Shown here piece by piece: positions 55,936 to 64,000 of a stretch of 64,000 bases of DNA. Source of the stretch: a virus; the IMG/VR virus record IMGVR_UViG_3300042450_002433, positions 1-64,000 of that record. One strand, given 5' to 3'. A program made the translations under genes and the position numbers. The notes below the pieces were generated by a model. The model had not been told where the DNA came from. It was given only the letters and a program-made list of their open reading frames with translations, and made no database searches. The stretch's first letter is position 1. Every line of letters begins with the position of its first letter.

Positions 55936-57372
55936 ATGACAGATAAGATCGAACTCATTATCCTGCGAAGCCTGTTGCACCGTGCAGATTTCACCCGTAG
56001 AGTGCAACCCTTCCTGCGAGAAGAGTACTTTCATGACACCTGTGAGAAGAGATTGTTCAAGACAGTCTCTGAGTTTATCGGCAAGTATAACATTGCCCCT
56101 ACCCGCGAAGCACTGAATATCATCCTCAATCAGCAGGATGGGCTGTCACAGGGAGAATTTGACGAGTGTGTTAAACTCGTGGATTCTCTCGAAAAGACTA
56201 TCGATGAACCTGATGAGGCATGGCTCATCGATCAGACCGAGAAGTTCTGTAAGGACAAGGCAGTCTACAATGCACTCATGGAGTCTATTGAACTTCTTGA
56301 TGAGAAGAAAGCCAATGGAAGATCAAAGAATGCCATTCCCGAAATCCTAACATCGGCACTGAGCGTTTCTTTTGATGAACATATCGGACACGATTTCATT
56401 GATGATGCCGAGCAGCGTTATGAGTTCTATCATCGAGTAGAACAGAAGACTCCTTTCGATCTCGACTTCTTCAATCGAATCACGGCAGGAGGTGTTCCCG
56501 ACAAGACTCTCAATGTGATCCTCGCGGGCACAGGAGTGGGCAAGAGCCTGTTCATGTGTCATCATGCTGCCAACTGCCTAACACAGAGCAAGAATGTCCT
56601 ATACATCACCTGCGAGATGGCAGAGGAAAGAATCGCAGAGCGAATCGATGCCAATCTTATGGATATTTCAATGGATGAACTAAAGAAGTTGCCCATCGAT
56701 ATCTATGCCAAGCGTCTGTCCAAGGTGACTATGGGAATCACGGGGAAACTCCTGATCAAGGAATATCCCACTGCCGCAGCGAATGCCAACCATTTTCGGC
56801 ATCTGCTTGATGAACTGCGCCTGAAGAAGAACTTTAAGCCCGACATCATCTTCATTGACTATCTCAATATCTGTGCTTCGACTCGGTTTAAGCCAGGAGC
56901 AAATGTCAATTCGTATACCTATATCAAGGCAATTGCAGAGGAACTTCGTGGTCTTGCAGTTGAGATGAAGGTGCCAATCTTTACTGCAACACAGACGAAC
57001 CGTTCAGGCTTTGGCAATACGGATGTCGAATTGACCGATACCTCGGAATCATTCGGGCTACCTGCCACTGCGGACTTTATGTTTGCTCTGATTGCAACCG
57101 AACAATTGGATGCAGTCGGTCAGGTCATGGTCAAGCAATTGAAGAACCGTTACAATGATGTTGCTGCCAATCGTAAGTTTGTGATTGGGATAGATCGTTC
57201 GAAGATGAAGTTGTTTGATGTTGATGAATCACAGCAACAGTTGATTCAGGGGAATCATTCTGCTGATGCAGAGGATGAGAACACAGACAATGGCTTTGAC
57301 TCTCCAAACAAGGGTGGCGGGGGGTATGGCTACAAGAAGGGAAAGAAGCCCTCTATGGGTGATTGGTCTTAA
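55936..57372 (+). CDS. 41: replicative DNA helicase
   Basis: AGTGVGKS, ITCEMAEERIAERIDAN, IDYLNIC, IAEELRG, SESFGLPATAD. Confidence 0.97.
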   Translation: MTDKIELIILRSLLHRADFTRRVQPFLREEYFHDTCEKRLFKTVSEFIGKYNIAPTREALNIILNQQDGLSQGEFDECVKLVDSLEKTIDEPDEAWLIDQTEKFCKDKAVYNALMESIELLDEKKANGRSKNAIPEILTSALSVSFDEHIGHDFIDDAEQRYEFYHRVEQKTPFDLDFFNRITAGGVPDKTLNVILAGTGVGKSLFMCHHAANCLTQSKNVLYITCEMAEERIAERIDANLMDISMDELKKLPIDIYAKRLSKVTMGITGKLLIKEYPTAAANANHFRHLLDELRLKKNFKPDIIFIDYLNICASTRFKPGANVNSYTYIKAIAEELRGLAVEMKVPIFTATQTNRSGFGNTDVELTDTSESFGLPATADFMFALIATEQLDAVGQVMVKQLKNRYNDVAANRKFVIGIDRSKMKLFDVDESQQQLIQGNHSADAEDENTDNGFDSPNKGGGGYGYKKGKKPSMGDWS

Positions 57373-57377
57373 TTCAC

Positions 57378-57452
57378 GGGCGGGTGCCTGATAGTGGTAA
57401 AAGGTCGCACCTTATAAGTGCGCTCATGTGGGTTCGACTCCCATCCCGCCCA
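57378..57452 (+). tRNA. tRNA-Ile(TAT)
   Basis: GGGCGGG/CCCGCCC acceptor; CGCAC-ct-TAT-aa-GTGCG; GGTTCGACTCC. Confidence 0.9.
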
Positions 57453-57489
57453 TTACAAATATGCCTAAATAACTTCGCACGGAGCAAAT

Positions 57490-58689
57490 ATGCTGTCATT
57501 CAAACAAGCAAACAGAGTTCTTTCCGAAGAAGTAGTTCGAAATAAGCATCTAGACCATATAGAAGATCTGATGCTTCTTGAGGGTGAAAAAGGCTTAAAG
57601 TTGGCTATTGCATTCCTCAAAGATATTACAGAAAGCCTGAAAACAGGCTCGACTTCTTTAGGACTCTCCACCAAATGGGATGGGAAACCTGCTATTGTGT
57701 GTGGGATTAATCCCGAAAACAATAAGTTTTTTGTTGCTACCAAGGGAGCATTTAGCAAAACTGTCTCTGCATATCACACCGAAGCAGAAATACGGAAAGG
57801 TGTGTCGATTTCCGATCTTGCCGCAAAATTGATCGAGTGCTTAAAGTATCTGCCAGGACTTGGCATCAAGGGAGTATTGCAGGGCGACTTGATGTTTACG
57901 ATGGATTCCAAAAAATCACAGACGATTGATGGAAAAGAATATATTACTTTTGCTCCCAATACGATCATGTATGCAATTGAAAAGGACAGTGCCATTGGGA
58001 AATCGGTTTCCTCTGCAAAACTTGGAATTGCTTTTCATACCGTCTATAGTGGAAAAACGATGCAGGAGTTATCTGCTGTCTCCTTCAACTTTGATGCTAG
58101 TACCCTGAAAAAGAATGCAAATGTGTGGTTCACTGACCCCAACATATATGACATCACGGCTGCACTTCTCAAGCCTGATGAATATGGCAAACTTATGGGC
58201 ATGATCAAAGACTGTGAAGGAAAATCAAAAAAGGTATCGCCGTTCCTGAAGGTTCTTCTTTCCAATGCACAGTTAGTTGAATACATCCTTCCATATATAA
58301 ATGCCACCATTAATGGCGGTCTTTCACAATTTTCTGCCCGTGGTCTTAAGTTGAATTTGGAAACCAAGTTAAACAAGGACATTGAAAAACTAAAGACAGA
58401 AAAAGGCAAGCAGGGCAAAAGAGATATACTGAACAAGTTGCTTGCCTTTGTTGATGCATACGAATCACAGTTCAATTCTATGTTTGAACTACATAATCTT
58501 ATCGCCAAAGCAAAAGAAATTTTGCTCGGTAAGTTCTATATGCTGTCTAGTTTCGGGCATTTCTTCGTGGATGACAACGGGATTTCTCCAACAGATCCTG
58601 AGGGTATTGTGGTTTCTCGTTCAGGAAGAGTCACTAAATTGGTAAATCGACTACGATTTAGTAGACAAAACAGGAAGGTAAACTCGTGA
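57490..58689 (+). CDS. RNA-ligase-like nucleotidyltransferase (DUF6267-like) with CTS-like leader
   Basis: HLDHIED, TKWDG (KxDG), QGD, PEGIVV, KLVNR. Confidence 0.7.
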   Translation: MLSFKQANRVLSEEVVRNKHLDHIEDLMLLEGEKGLKLAIAFLKDITESLKTGSTSLGLSTKWDGKPAIVCGINPENNKFFVATKGAFSKTVSAYHTEAEIRKGVSISDLAAKLIECLKYLPGLGIKGVLQGDLMFTMDSKKSQTIDGKEYITFAPNTIMYAIEKDSAIGKSVSSAKLGIAFHTVYSGKTMQELSAVSFNFDASTLKKNANVWFTDPNIYDITAALLKPDEYGKLMGMIKDCEGKSKKVSPFLKVLLSNAQLVEYILPYINATINGGLSQFSARGLKLNLETKLNKDIEKLKTEKGKQGKRDILNKLLAFVDAYESQFNSMFELHNLIAKAKEILLGKFYMLSSFGHFFVDDNGISPTDPEGIVVSRSGRVTKLVNRLRFSRQNRKVNS

Positions 58690-61600
58690 TAGAGCGTTTC
58701 TTACATCGAATTGACGAAGCAAAAAAAGACACAGCAGTTATTGCTTTCGGCAGAATGAACCCCCCGACCATCGGTCACGGTGTCTTGGTAGACAAGATTG
58801 TTTCCGAAGCGCAGAAGCACAATGCAGATCATTTCATATTTGCATCTGAAACACAAGACTCAAAGAAGAACCCCCTATCACATAAGCAAAAGGTTGCATA
58901 CCTTAAGAAGTTTTTTCCTAAGGGCAACTTTCCTGTAGGAATGGCAAAGGATCCGTATACTGCCGTTCTATATGTGTGCTCATTGGGATATAAGAACATC
59001 ATCATGGTTGCGGGAAGTGACCAAGTCGAAAACTTTAAAAACATTGCCAAGTATAAGGGCAAGGTTGCAGATCGTGATCCTAAGAAGCGTGTATATTCAT
59101 TTGAAAAATTCGAAGTAGTTCAGGCGGGTGAGGCACGGGATGATGACTCTCAAGGTGTTGAGGGAATGTCTGCTTCCAAGATGAGATCTGCTGCTTTCGA
59201 TGGAGACTTTAAAAAGTTTGCCACGGGCGTTCCAGGTAAGGATAATGCCACCAAGAAGAAGATGTACAGCGATGTTCGTAAGGGATTGAGTCTTGGGGAG
59301 TCATATATCTCAGAGGCTGTAAACCCAAGTGACAAGGTAACAATCCTTGCACTAACTTCTTCGGAAAAAGATCTATCCGATACAATCGAAAAGATGCAGG
59401 AAATCTGCAAGAAGCGCAAAATTGAATTCTATGCAGTGAAGACTTCTAAAGCACAAGTAGAAATTTCAAATGTTACTTCGAAGAAAATCACTATCAAGAA
59501 TTATGACGGTGAAGGTAAAGATATCACTGTTATCCCAAGCGACACAGTAGCAGTTGTTCGTGGTGGTGTGATGAATAGTGATATCGGTGTTGCTATCATG
59601 ACCATCTTGCAGAACAATGGAGTGTTCATGATCAATGAGCGTGGAGGAATGGAACTCTGTGCAAACAAACTAGAAACTGCAATTGCTCTCAAGAAACACA
59701 ATCTCCCACACCCACGCACAACATTTGTTGCAGACGAAAGCAATATTGAAACTGCCGTTAAGGAAATTGGTGGTAAGTTCCCCGTCATCGTAAAGACTCT
59801 TACGGGGGCTGAAGGCATCGGCGTGTCCAAGATTGAAAGCATGGAAAGCCTGAAGTCTGTTCTACAAACTCTATGGAAATACAATGCCGAAATCATTATG
59901 CAGGAATTCCTGCCTGATTTCAAGAATGATGTTCGCAGCATCTGCCTGAATGGTAAAATTTTTGCCTGTGCAAAGCGGGATAAGGCTCCTAAGGATTTCC
60001 GCACAAACATTGCCCGAGGTTCAAAGGGTGGTGCATTCCAACTCTCTGATGAAGAAATCAAGTTGGTGGAGGAAGCCGCTCGGGTTAGCAAGTGCTACTA
60101 TGTCGGAGTTGATCATGTAATCAATGATGGTAAGCCATACATCATTGAAATGAATGCAAGCCCAGGCAGTGGTAATATCTACTACCGCTATTATGAAGAC
60201 GGCAAGGGCAAGAACAATGTCGAGGGCAAAGAGTTGGTCGAAGATTTTGTTGAATATATTCTCAACAAATCCAATTGGAAACTGTTCTCCAACCTCACTG
60301 TTCGTGAAACAGTTAAGATTGATGGAGTCGAATATGAAGCCAAGGTCGATACAGGCAACAGTGGCTACAATATGATTCATGGCGAAGACATCAAAGACAA
60401 TGGAAACCACACGGTTACCTTCAAACTGTCGAATGGTAAAAAGATTACCAAGAAAATCGTCAGTCGAATTATTGTCAAGAGTGGTATTGGGGAGAAGAAG
60501 CGACTTGTTATCTTCATGGACATTGAATTCCATGGAAAGAAATACCCAAACATCAAATTCTCAATTGGTGATCGCAACCATATGTCCACCAAAGTCCTTC
60601 TCGGTCTGCAATTCCTGAGCAAGACAGGAATGTTGGTTGATCCTGCGGAGGCAATATACCCACAGAATCAAACGAAAAAAGAAGAACATGTCAATCTTAA
60701 TAGCAATACACTTTATGAAAAACTCACAAAAAACGGACAGTTAAAAGAGTTAAACAATCGATACGAACAGGACGATGCATTCGAACGCCTTGCGAAGATC
60801 GATCAGAGCGATACAACAAACAACAATAAGATTCGCCTTTCTATTGCATATGAAGAACGCTGCCTGACCCGCAATATGCAGGATGGGGCATATCTAGCAC
60901 GAACCTATATTGAATTCCTCAAAGAGATTCGCAATTCTGAGTTGGGTTCGAATCAGCCTAAGACTGATATCAACGAAGACTTCGAATTCTTTTTACTTGA
61001 AGTTAGCCCACCCAAAGGTGCTGCACGAAGTTTCTCAAAGGATGAAAAAACCAAAGCATCATTCCGAAAACAATATGGTAAGCGGTGGAAGGAAGTGTTC
61101 TATGCGACTGCATGGAAGATGCATGGAGAAGATGTAGAGCCGTCTGAGACATGGCTTGATGAGGCTAAGAAAATCAACAATGTGTTGAAATGGACTTCTA
61201 TGAGTAAGAGAGGCCCGTTACTCATCGGCACCGATAAGATTGTAAAAACCTACAAGCATGACACCCCTGGCGAGCGGAAAGAAATTGAAGAAGATAAGCC
61301 TTGTTGGGTAGGGTTTAAACAATTGGGAATGAAGATGAAGAATGGGAAAAAAGTTCCTAATTGTGTGTCCGTAAAGGAAGATACTTCTGAAGAGGAGATG
61401 TCGGATCTCTATAAGGAATGGCAAAAACTTGTAAATATGTCGGGCAAGGAGATTGATACATTCCTTGATTCTGATGACGGAACTGAGGCAGGACTGTCCC
61501 GCAAGGAGGCAGGTAAGGCAGGTGCAGACGGTGGTAAAATTAGTACAGGTCGAGATTCTGCCCGTGCAATCATTCGAATGCTAGATACCCCCATGGAAAA

Positions 61601-61757
61601 ATGGTCTGATAATGATTGGAAATGGGCAGGGAAGCAAGTCAATTTCATCAATCGAATGAAAGGCGCAAAAGGGCCTTTGAGAGACGAAGACAAAAAACCT
61701 ACTCGTAAATTGTTAGCACTTAAGGTATGGGGACACAACCCCGAAAAGGGATCATAA
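58686..61757 (+). CDS. multidomain protein: cytidylyltransferase-like, RimK ATP-grasp, RimB-like aspartyl protease, DUF3140-like
   Basis: FGRMNPPTIGH/GMSASKMR; NKL...P.IVK...G.GV...QEFL..DVR...FRTNIARG...GVD...IEMNASPG; AKVDTG...R..M...VLLG; VNMS...GRDSAR...WGHNP. Confidence 0.85.
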   Translation: MIERFLHRIDEAKKDTAVIAFGRMNPPTIGHGVLVDKIVSEAQKHNADHFIFASETQDSKKNPLSHKQKVAYLKKFFPKGNFPVGMAKDPYTAVLYVCSLGYKNIIMVAGSDQVENFKNIAKYKGKVADRDPKKRVYSFEKFEVVQAGEARDDDSQGVEGMSASKMRSAAFDGDFKKFATGVPGKDNATKKKMYSDVRKGLSLGESYISEAVNPSDKVTILALTSSEKDLSDTIEKMQEICKKRKIEFYAVKTSKAQVEISNVTSKKITIKNYDGEGKDITVIPSDTVAVVRGGVMNSDIGVAIMTILQNNGVFMINERGGMELCANKLETAIALKKHNLPHPRTTFVADESNIETAVKEIGGKFPVIVKTLTGAEGIGVSKIESMESLKSVLQTLWKYNAEIIMQEFLPDFKNDVRSICLNGKIFACAKRDKAPKDFRTNIARGSKGGAFQLSDEEIKLVEEAARVSKCYYVGVDHVINDGKPYIIEMNASPGSGNIYYRYYEDGKGKNNVEGKELVEDFVEYILNKSNWKLFSNLTVRETVKIDGVEYEAKVDTGNSGYNMIHGEDIKDNGNHTVTFKLSNGKKITKKIVSRIIVKSGIGEKKRLVIFMDIEFHGKKYPNIKFSIGDRNHMSTKVLLGLQFLSKTGMLVDPAEAIYPQNQTKKEEHVNLNSNTLYEKLTKNGQLKELNNRYEQDDAFERLAKIDQSDTTNNNKIRLSIAYEERCLTRNMQDGAYLARTYIEFLKEIRNSELGSNQPKTDINEDFEFFLLEVSPPKGAARSFSKDEKTKASFRKQYGKRWKEVFYATAWKMHGEDVEPSETWLDEAKKINNVLKWTSMSKRGPLLIGTDKIVKTYKHDTPGERKEIEEDKPCWVGFKQLGMKMKNGKKVPNCVSVKEDTSEEEMSDLYKEWQKLVNMSGKEIDTFLDSDDGTEAGLSRKEAGKAGADGGKISTGRDSARAIIRMLDTPMEKWSDNDWKWAGKQVNFINRMKGAKGPLRDEDKKPTRKLLALKVWGHNPEKGS

Positions 61758-61830
61758 TGCAACATATCAAAGAAAGCATATGAAGCGGATGATCGTGATC
61801 TATAAATAACAAGTATCCACAGGAGAGACC

Positions 61831-62130
61831 ATGTTTAACAATCCATTCAATTCCAAAATCGTTGCCGATATTACAAAATTCTTAGAAGAGCATCGTAACG
61901 ATGTTGAAATCAATCCTTGTCTCAATGACAAGGCAAAAGAGGCAGCAATTAAAGTTGTCGAACAAACGGTTCTTGAAGAACAACGAAATGTTCTTGTTAA
62001 GCACTTCAATGAAGCAATTCGCGAGTGCAACTGCCGTGGAACGACTGAGGAAGCCAACAATTTTGCCAAGGCTGTACAGACTCATATTGACACAAATGGC
62101 AAAAAAACTATCGATCCCGCAAAGAACTAA
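61831..62130 (+). CDS. small late protein (possible prohead core-like)
   Basis: TATAAATA and AGGAG SD. Confidence 0.65.
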   Translation: MFNNPFNSKIVADITKFLEEHRNDVEINPCLNDKAKEAAIKVVEQTVLEEQRNVLVKHFNEAIRECNCRGTTEEANNFAKAVQTHIDTNGKKTIDPAKN

Positions 62131-62157
62131 ATAGAAACACAGAGGAGATATACCGAA

Positions 62158-63099
62158 ATGGCAACTTGGAAAAATAACGACAGAGAAGAATCAAAGCCAA
62201 CATGGCTGAATAAGATTCAGAAGAGACTTTGCACCCGTACCGTCCGTGGATGGGAAATGCCTCTTATGGGTTCGTTTTTTGCATATGGTGCGACAGGAGT
62301 ATCTTCTTCCTCGTCAACAATCACTGCATATACCAACGGTACTGTAATTACTGAACTTTTGGTAGCAATGCCTGTTGATGATAAAACATCGGCAATTTTT
62401 ACTCCAAGAACAGGCCCAACAGGGTTTTCATGGGGTCAAGGCGCGACATCGGGAAGCGATCTTCCAAACTATGCACCTTACTTTTCATGCCCATTCAACG
62501 GTGATAGTGCAACAGGTGGAGCCAATCTAGGTGATGCAGGAGTTTCCCATTCATTCTTCAACTATATTGCTACCATGGCAGGTGGAGCATTTGGTGGTGC
62601 AGGACTGACTCCAGGTCGTGCGGGTGGAATTGGATTCCAATATGGTGTTAACAAGTATGGTGTATCTTCGCTTGGTGGTCTGACAGGAGTCACTGCATAT
62701 ATCAAGGTTGCTGTCAATGATGCAAACTTCACAAATACCCTTACAATTGGGTTGTCGGGCACAAACGCAGGATGTCAGTTGTATACAGGTGCAACAGATA
62801 TTAACGATACCACCAAAGTCCCAACCGCCGTTGTAACAACATTCTTCGGAGCAACAAGCACCGATGATGATCTTGTTCCTTATCGATATGACAATATTGC
62901 AGTTCTTGTGGTTGCAGGATCTACTGCATCGGGCATTAAGACCATCAATCTCAAGGCACAGGATTCTCTCGGAGGTGCAGTTGGTGCAAGTGCATTCACC
63001 TCCTTTAGAGTTTACTTCGACCAAAATCCTGGTCTTACCACGAGTGCAGTAAATGCGATGAGCAGTTATTACTATCTCAACTATAACAAGAGTAACTAA
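62158..63099 (+). CDS. Gly/Thr-rich late (virion structural?) protein
   Basis: Late promoter; W...KP.WL...GW...ELLVA N-terminus; GxTG repeats. Confidence 0.65.
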   Translation: MATWKNNDREESKPTWLNKIQKRLCTRTVRGWEMPLMGSFFAYGATGVSSSSSTITAYTNGTVITELLVAMPVDDKTSAIFTPRTGPTGFSWGQGATSGSDLPNYAPYFSCPFNGDSATGGANLGDAGVSHSFFNYIATMAGGAFGGAGLTPGRAGGIGFQYGVNKYGVSSLGGLTGVTAYIKVAVNDANFTNTLTIGLSGTNAGCQLYTGATDINDTTKVPTAVVTTFFGATSTDDDLVPYRYDNIAVLVVAGSTASGIKTINLKAQDSLGGAVGASAFTSFRVYFDQNPGLTTSAVNAMSSYYYLNYNKSN

Positions 63100-63111
63100 T
63101 AGGAACTCAAC

Positions 63112-63603
63112 ATGAAGTCTTATAAGCAACTGAGAAAAACAATTAATGAAAATGCACCCCACCAAAGTGCATATGATGCATCTGGAAGTGTTGGGCGTGT
63201 TGGCCCACAGGATGGTGACAATTCTCTCGATGGCAATTATAATCTGTCTTCATTGAGTCCTGTTGCAATCACTCGCATCAATACCTACTTGGGTGCACTT
63301 TCTGCAAAGCCATACATCGACCCTGTGTCTGCCTTGAAACAGGCACAGGGTAGACTTCAAATGATCGGTCTTGATTTCACAATGACCAAAGACTGTGCTA
63401 TGAGATTGTCAACACAGACCGAAGAAATTATTCCACTCGTTCGTTTTGGTGGAACTCTTCGTGCTGATGGATCTGTATATGGATATACAAAGGATGATGG
63501 AATTACTCATCTCCTTGGTCATGGTCTTGCTCTTCGTGTCGAAACACATAAACTTCCAAGTGGTCTTACCCAAGTACATGCAATGATTGTTCCTAACGGC
63601 TAA
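63112..63603 (+). CDS. late protein with CTS-like leader
   Basis: MKSYKQLRKTINE. Confidence 0.7.
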   Translation: MKSYKQLRKTINENAPHQSAYDASGSVGRVGPQDGDNSLDGNYNLSSLSPVAITRINTYLGALSAKPYIDPVSALKQAQGRLQMIGLDFTMTKDCAMRLSTQTEEIIPLVRFGGTLRADGSVYGYTKDDGITHLLGHGLALRVETHKLPSGLTQVHAMIVPNG

Positions 63604-63618
63604 TCGCCATGGCTCTTT

Positions 63619-64000
63619 ATGATGAAAGGCGACAGCCTGACCAATGAGAATTATGTCCGATATGCAATGCGAAATTATGACAATCCGCACTGCATGGGGA
63701 TTAAAGAGTTTGAAGAAGACCTTGCGCGTATCGTATATCTAAAGAGACTTTTTCGCAGATACAAGAAGGACACTGTCCTTCGAGAACGCTTAATTCTCAA
63801 TCATCTCATCACCTTCTGTAATGTCTTCGGCATTGAAGCAGGGACGCGACTCCTATTCTTCAAGATCGACATGGATCTTCACTACATACTTAAAACATTC
63901 CTAGTATTTCTAGGGTATCTTTCGGACACTCAACCAAAATTTTCACTTGAAGTTGACATAGTCAAGATTGTAATGGACACTGAAATCATAACTCGTCTTC
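63619..64000 (+). CDS. conserved T4-like hypothetical protein (truncated)
   Basis: Manual translation MMKGDSLTNENYVRYAMRNYDNPHC..EFEEDL.R..YLKRLFRRY...LRERLILNHLI..NVFG. Confidence 0.8.
   Translation, partial: MMKGDSLTNENYVRYAMRNYDNPHCMGIKEFEEDLARIVYLKRLFRRYKKDTVLRERLILNHLITFCNVFGIEAGTRLLFFKIDMDLHYILKTFLVFLGYLSDTQPKFSLEVDIVKIVMDTEIITRL

Noticed and set aside
39255-63165. Long minus-strand ORFs (e.g. 39255-39845, 59501-60091, 62551-63165)
   Set aside because: Antisense shadows of well-supported + strand genes, without SDs or recognisable motifs.
1-64000. CRISPR array, integrase, transposase, rRNA
   Set aside because: No regularly spaced repeats or recognisable motifs were found by eye.

Overview
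This is a 64 kb segment of a large lytic T4-like (Tevenvirinae/Kyanoviridae-like) myophage genome in the standard genetic code, coded almost entirely on the + strand. The core replication genes are clear: gp45 sliding clamp, gp44/gp62 clamp loader, regA, dUTPase, gp43 DNA polymerase B, uvsX and gp41 helicase. There is also a divergent cobT/cobS-like peptidase/AAA pair, 9 tRNAs, a tmRNA, and an 11.6 kb sugar-nucleotide/glycosyltransferase island between uvsX and gp41. Sigma70-type promoters (TTGACA-16/17-TAnnnT) alternate with T4-late-type TAAATA promoters, and many predicted transcripts look leaderless. The most striking unexplained structures are: (1) about 17 unrelated proteins, many of them enzymes, that start with a T4 capsid-targeting-sequence-like leader (MK[ST][FY]xxxLxE), suggesting a large virion-injected effector arsenal; (2) a 1023-aa polyprotein-like fusion of cytidylyltransferase, RimK ATP-grasp, RimB-like protease and DUF3140-like domains, next to an RNA-ligase-like protein; (3) a translationally coupled SAM decarboxylase, DNA methyltransferase-like, Mom-like and DNA polymerase cluster, a candidate novel DNA hypermodification pathway; (4) three unannotated structured-RNA candidates and a tmRNA with an unusually basic tag; (5) a candidate -1 frameshift. 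All family assignments come from motif recognition by eye; no database searches were run.
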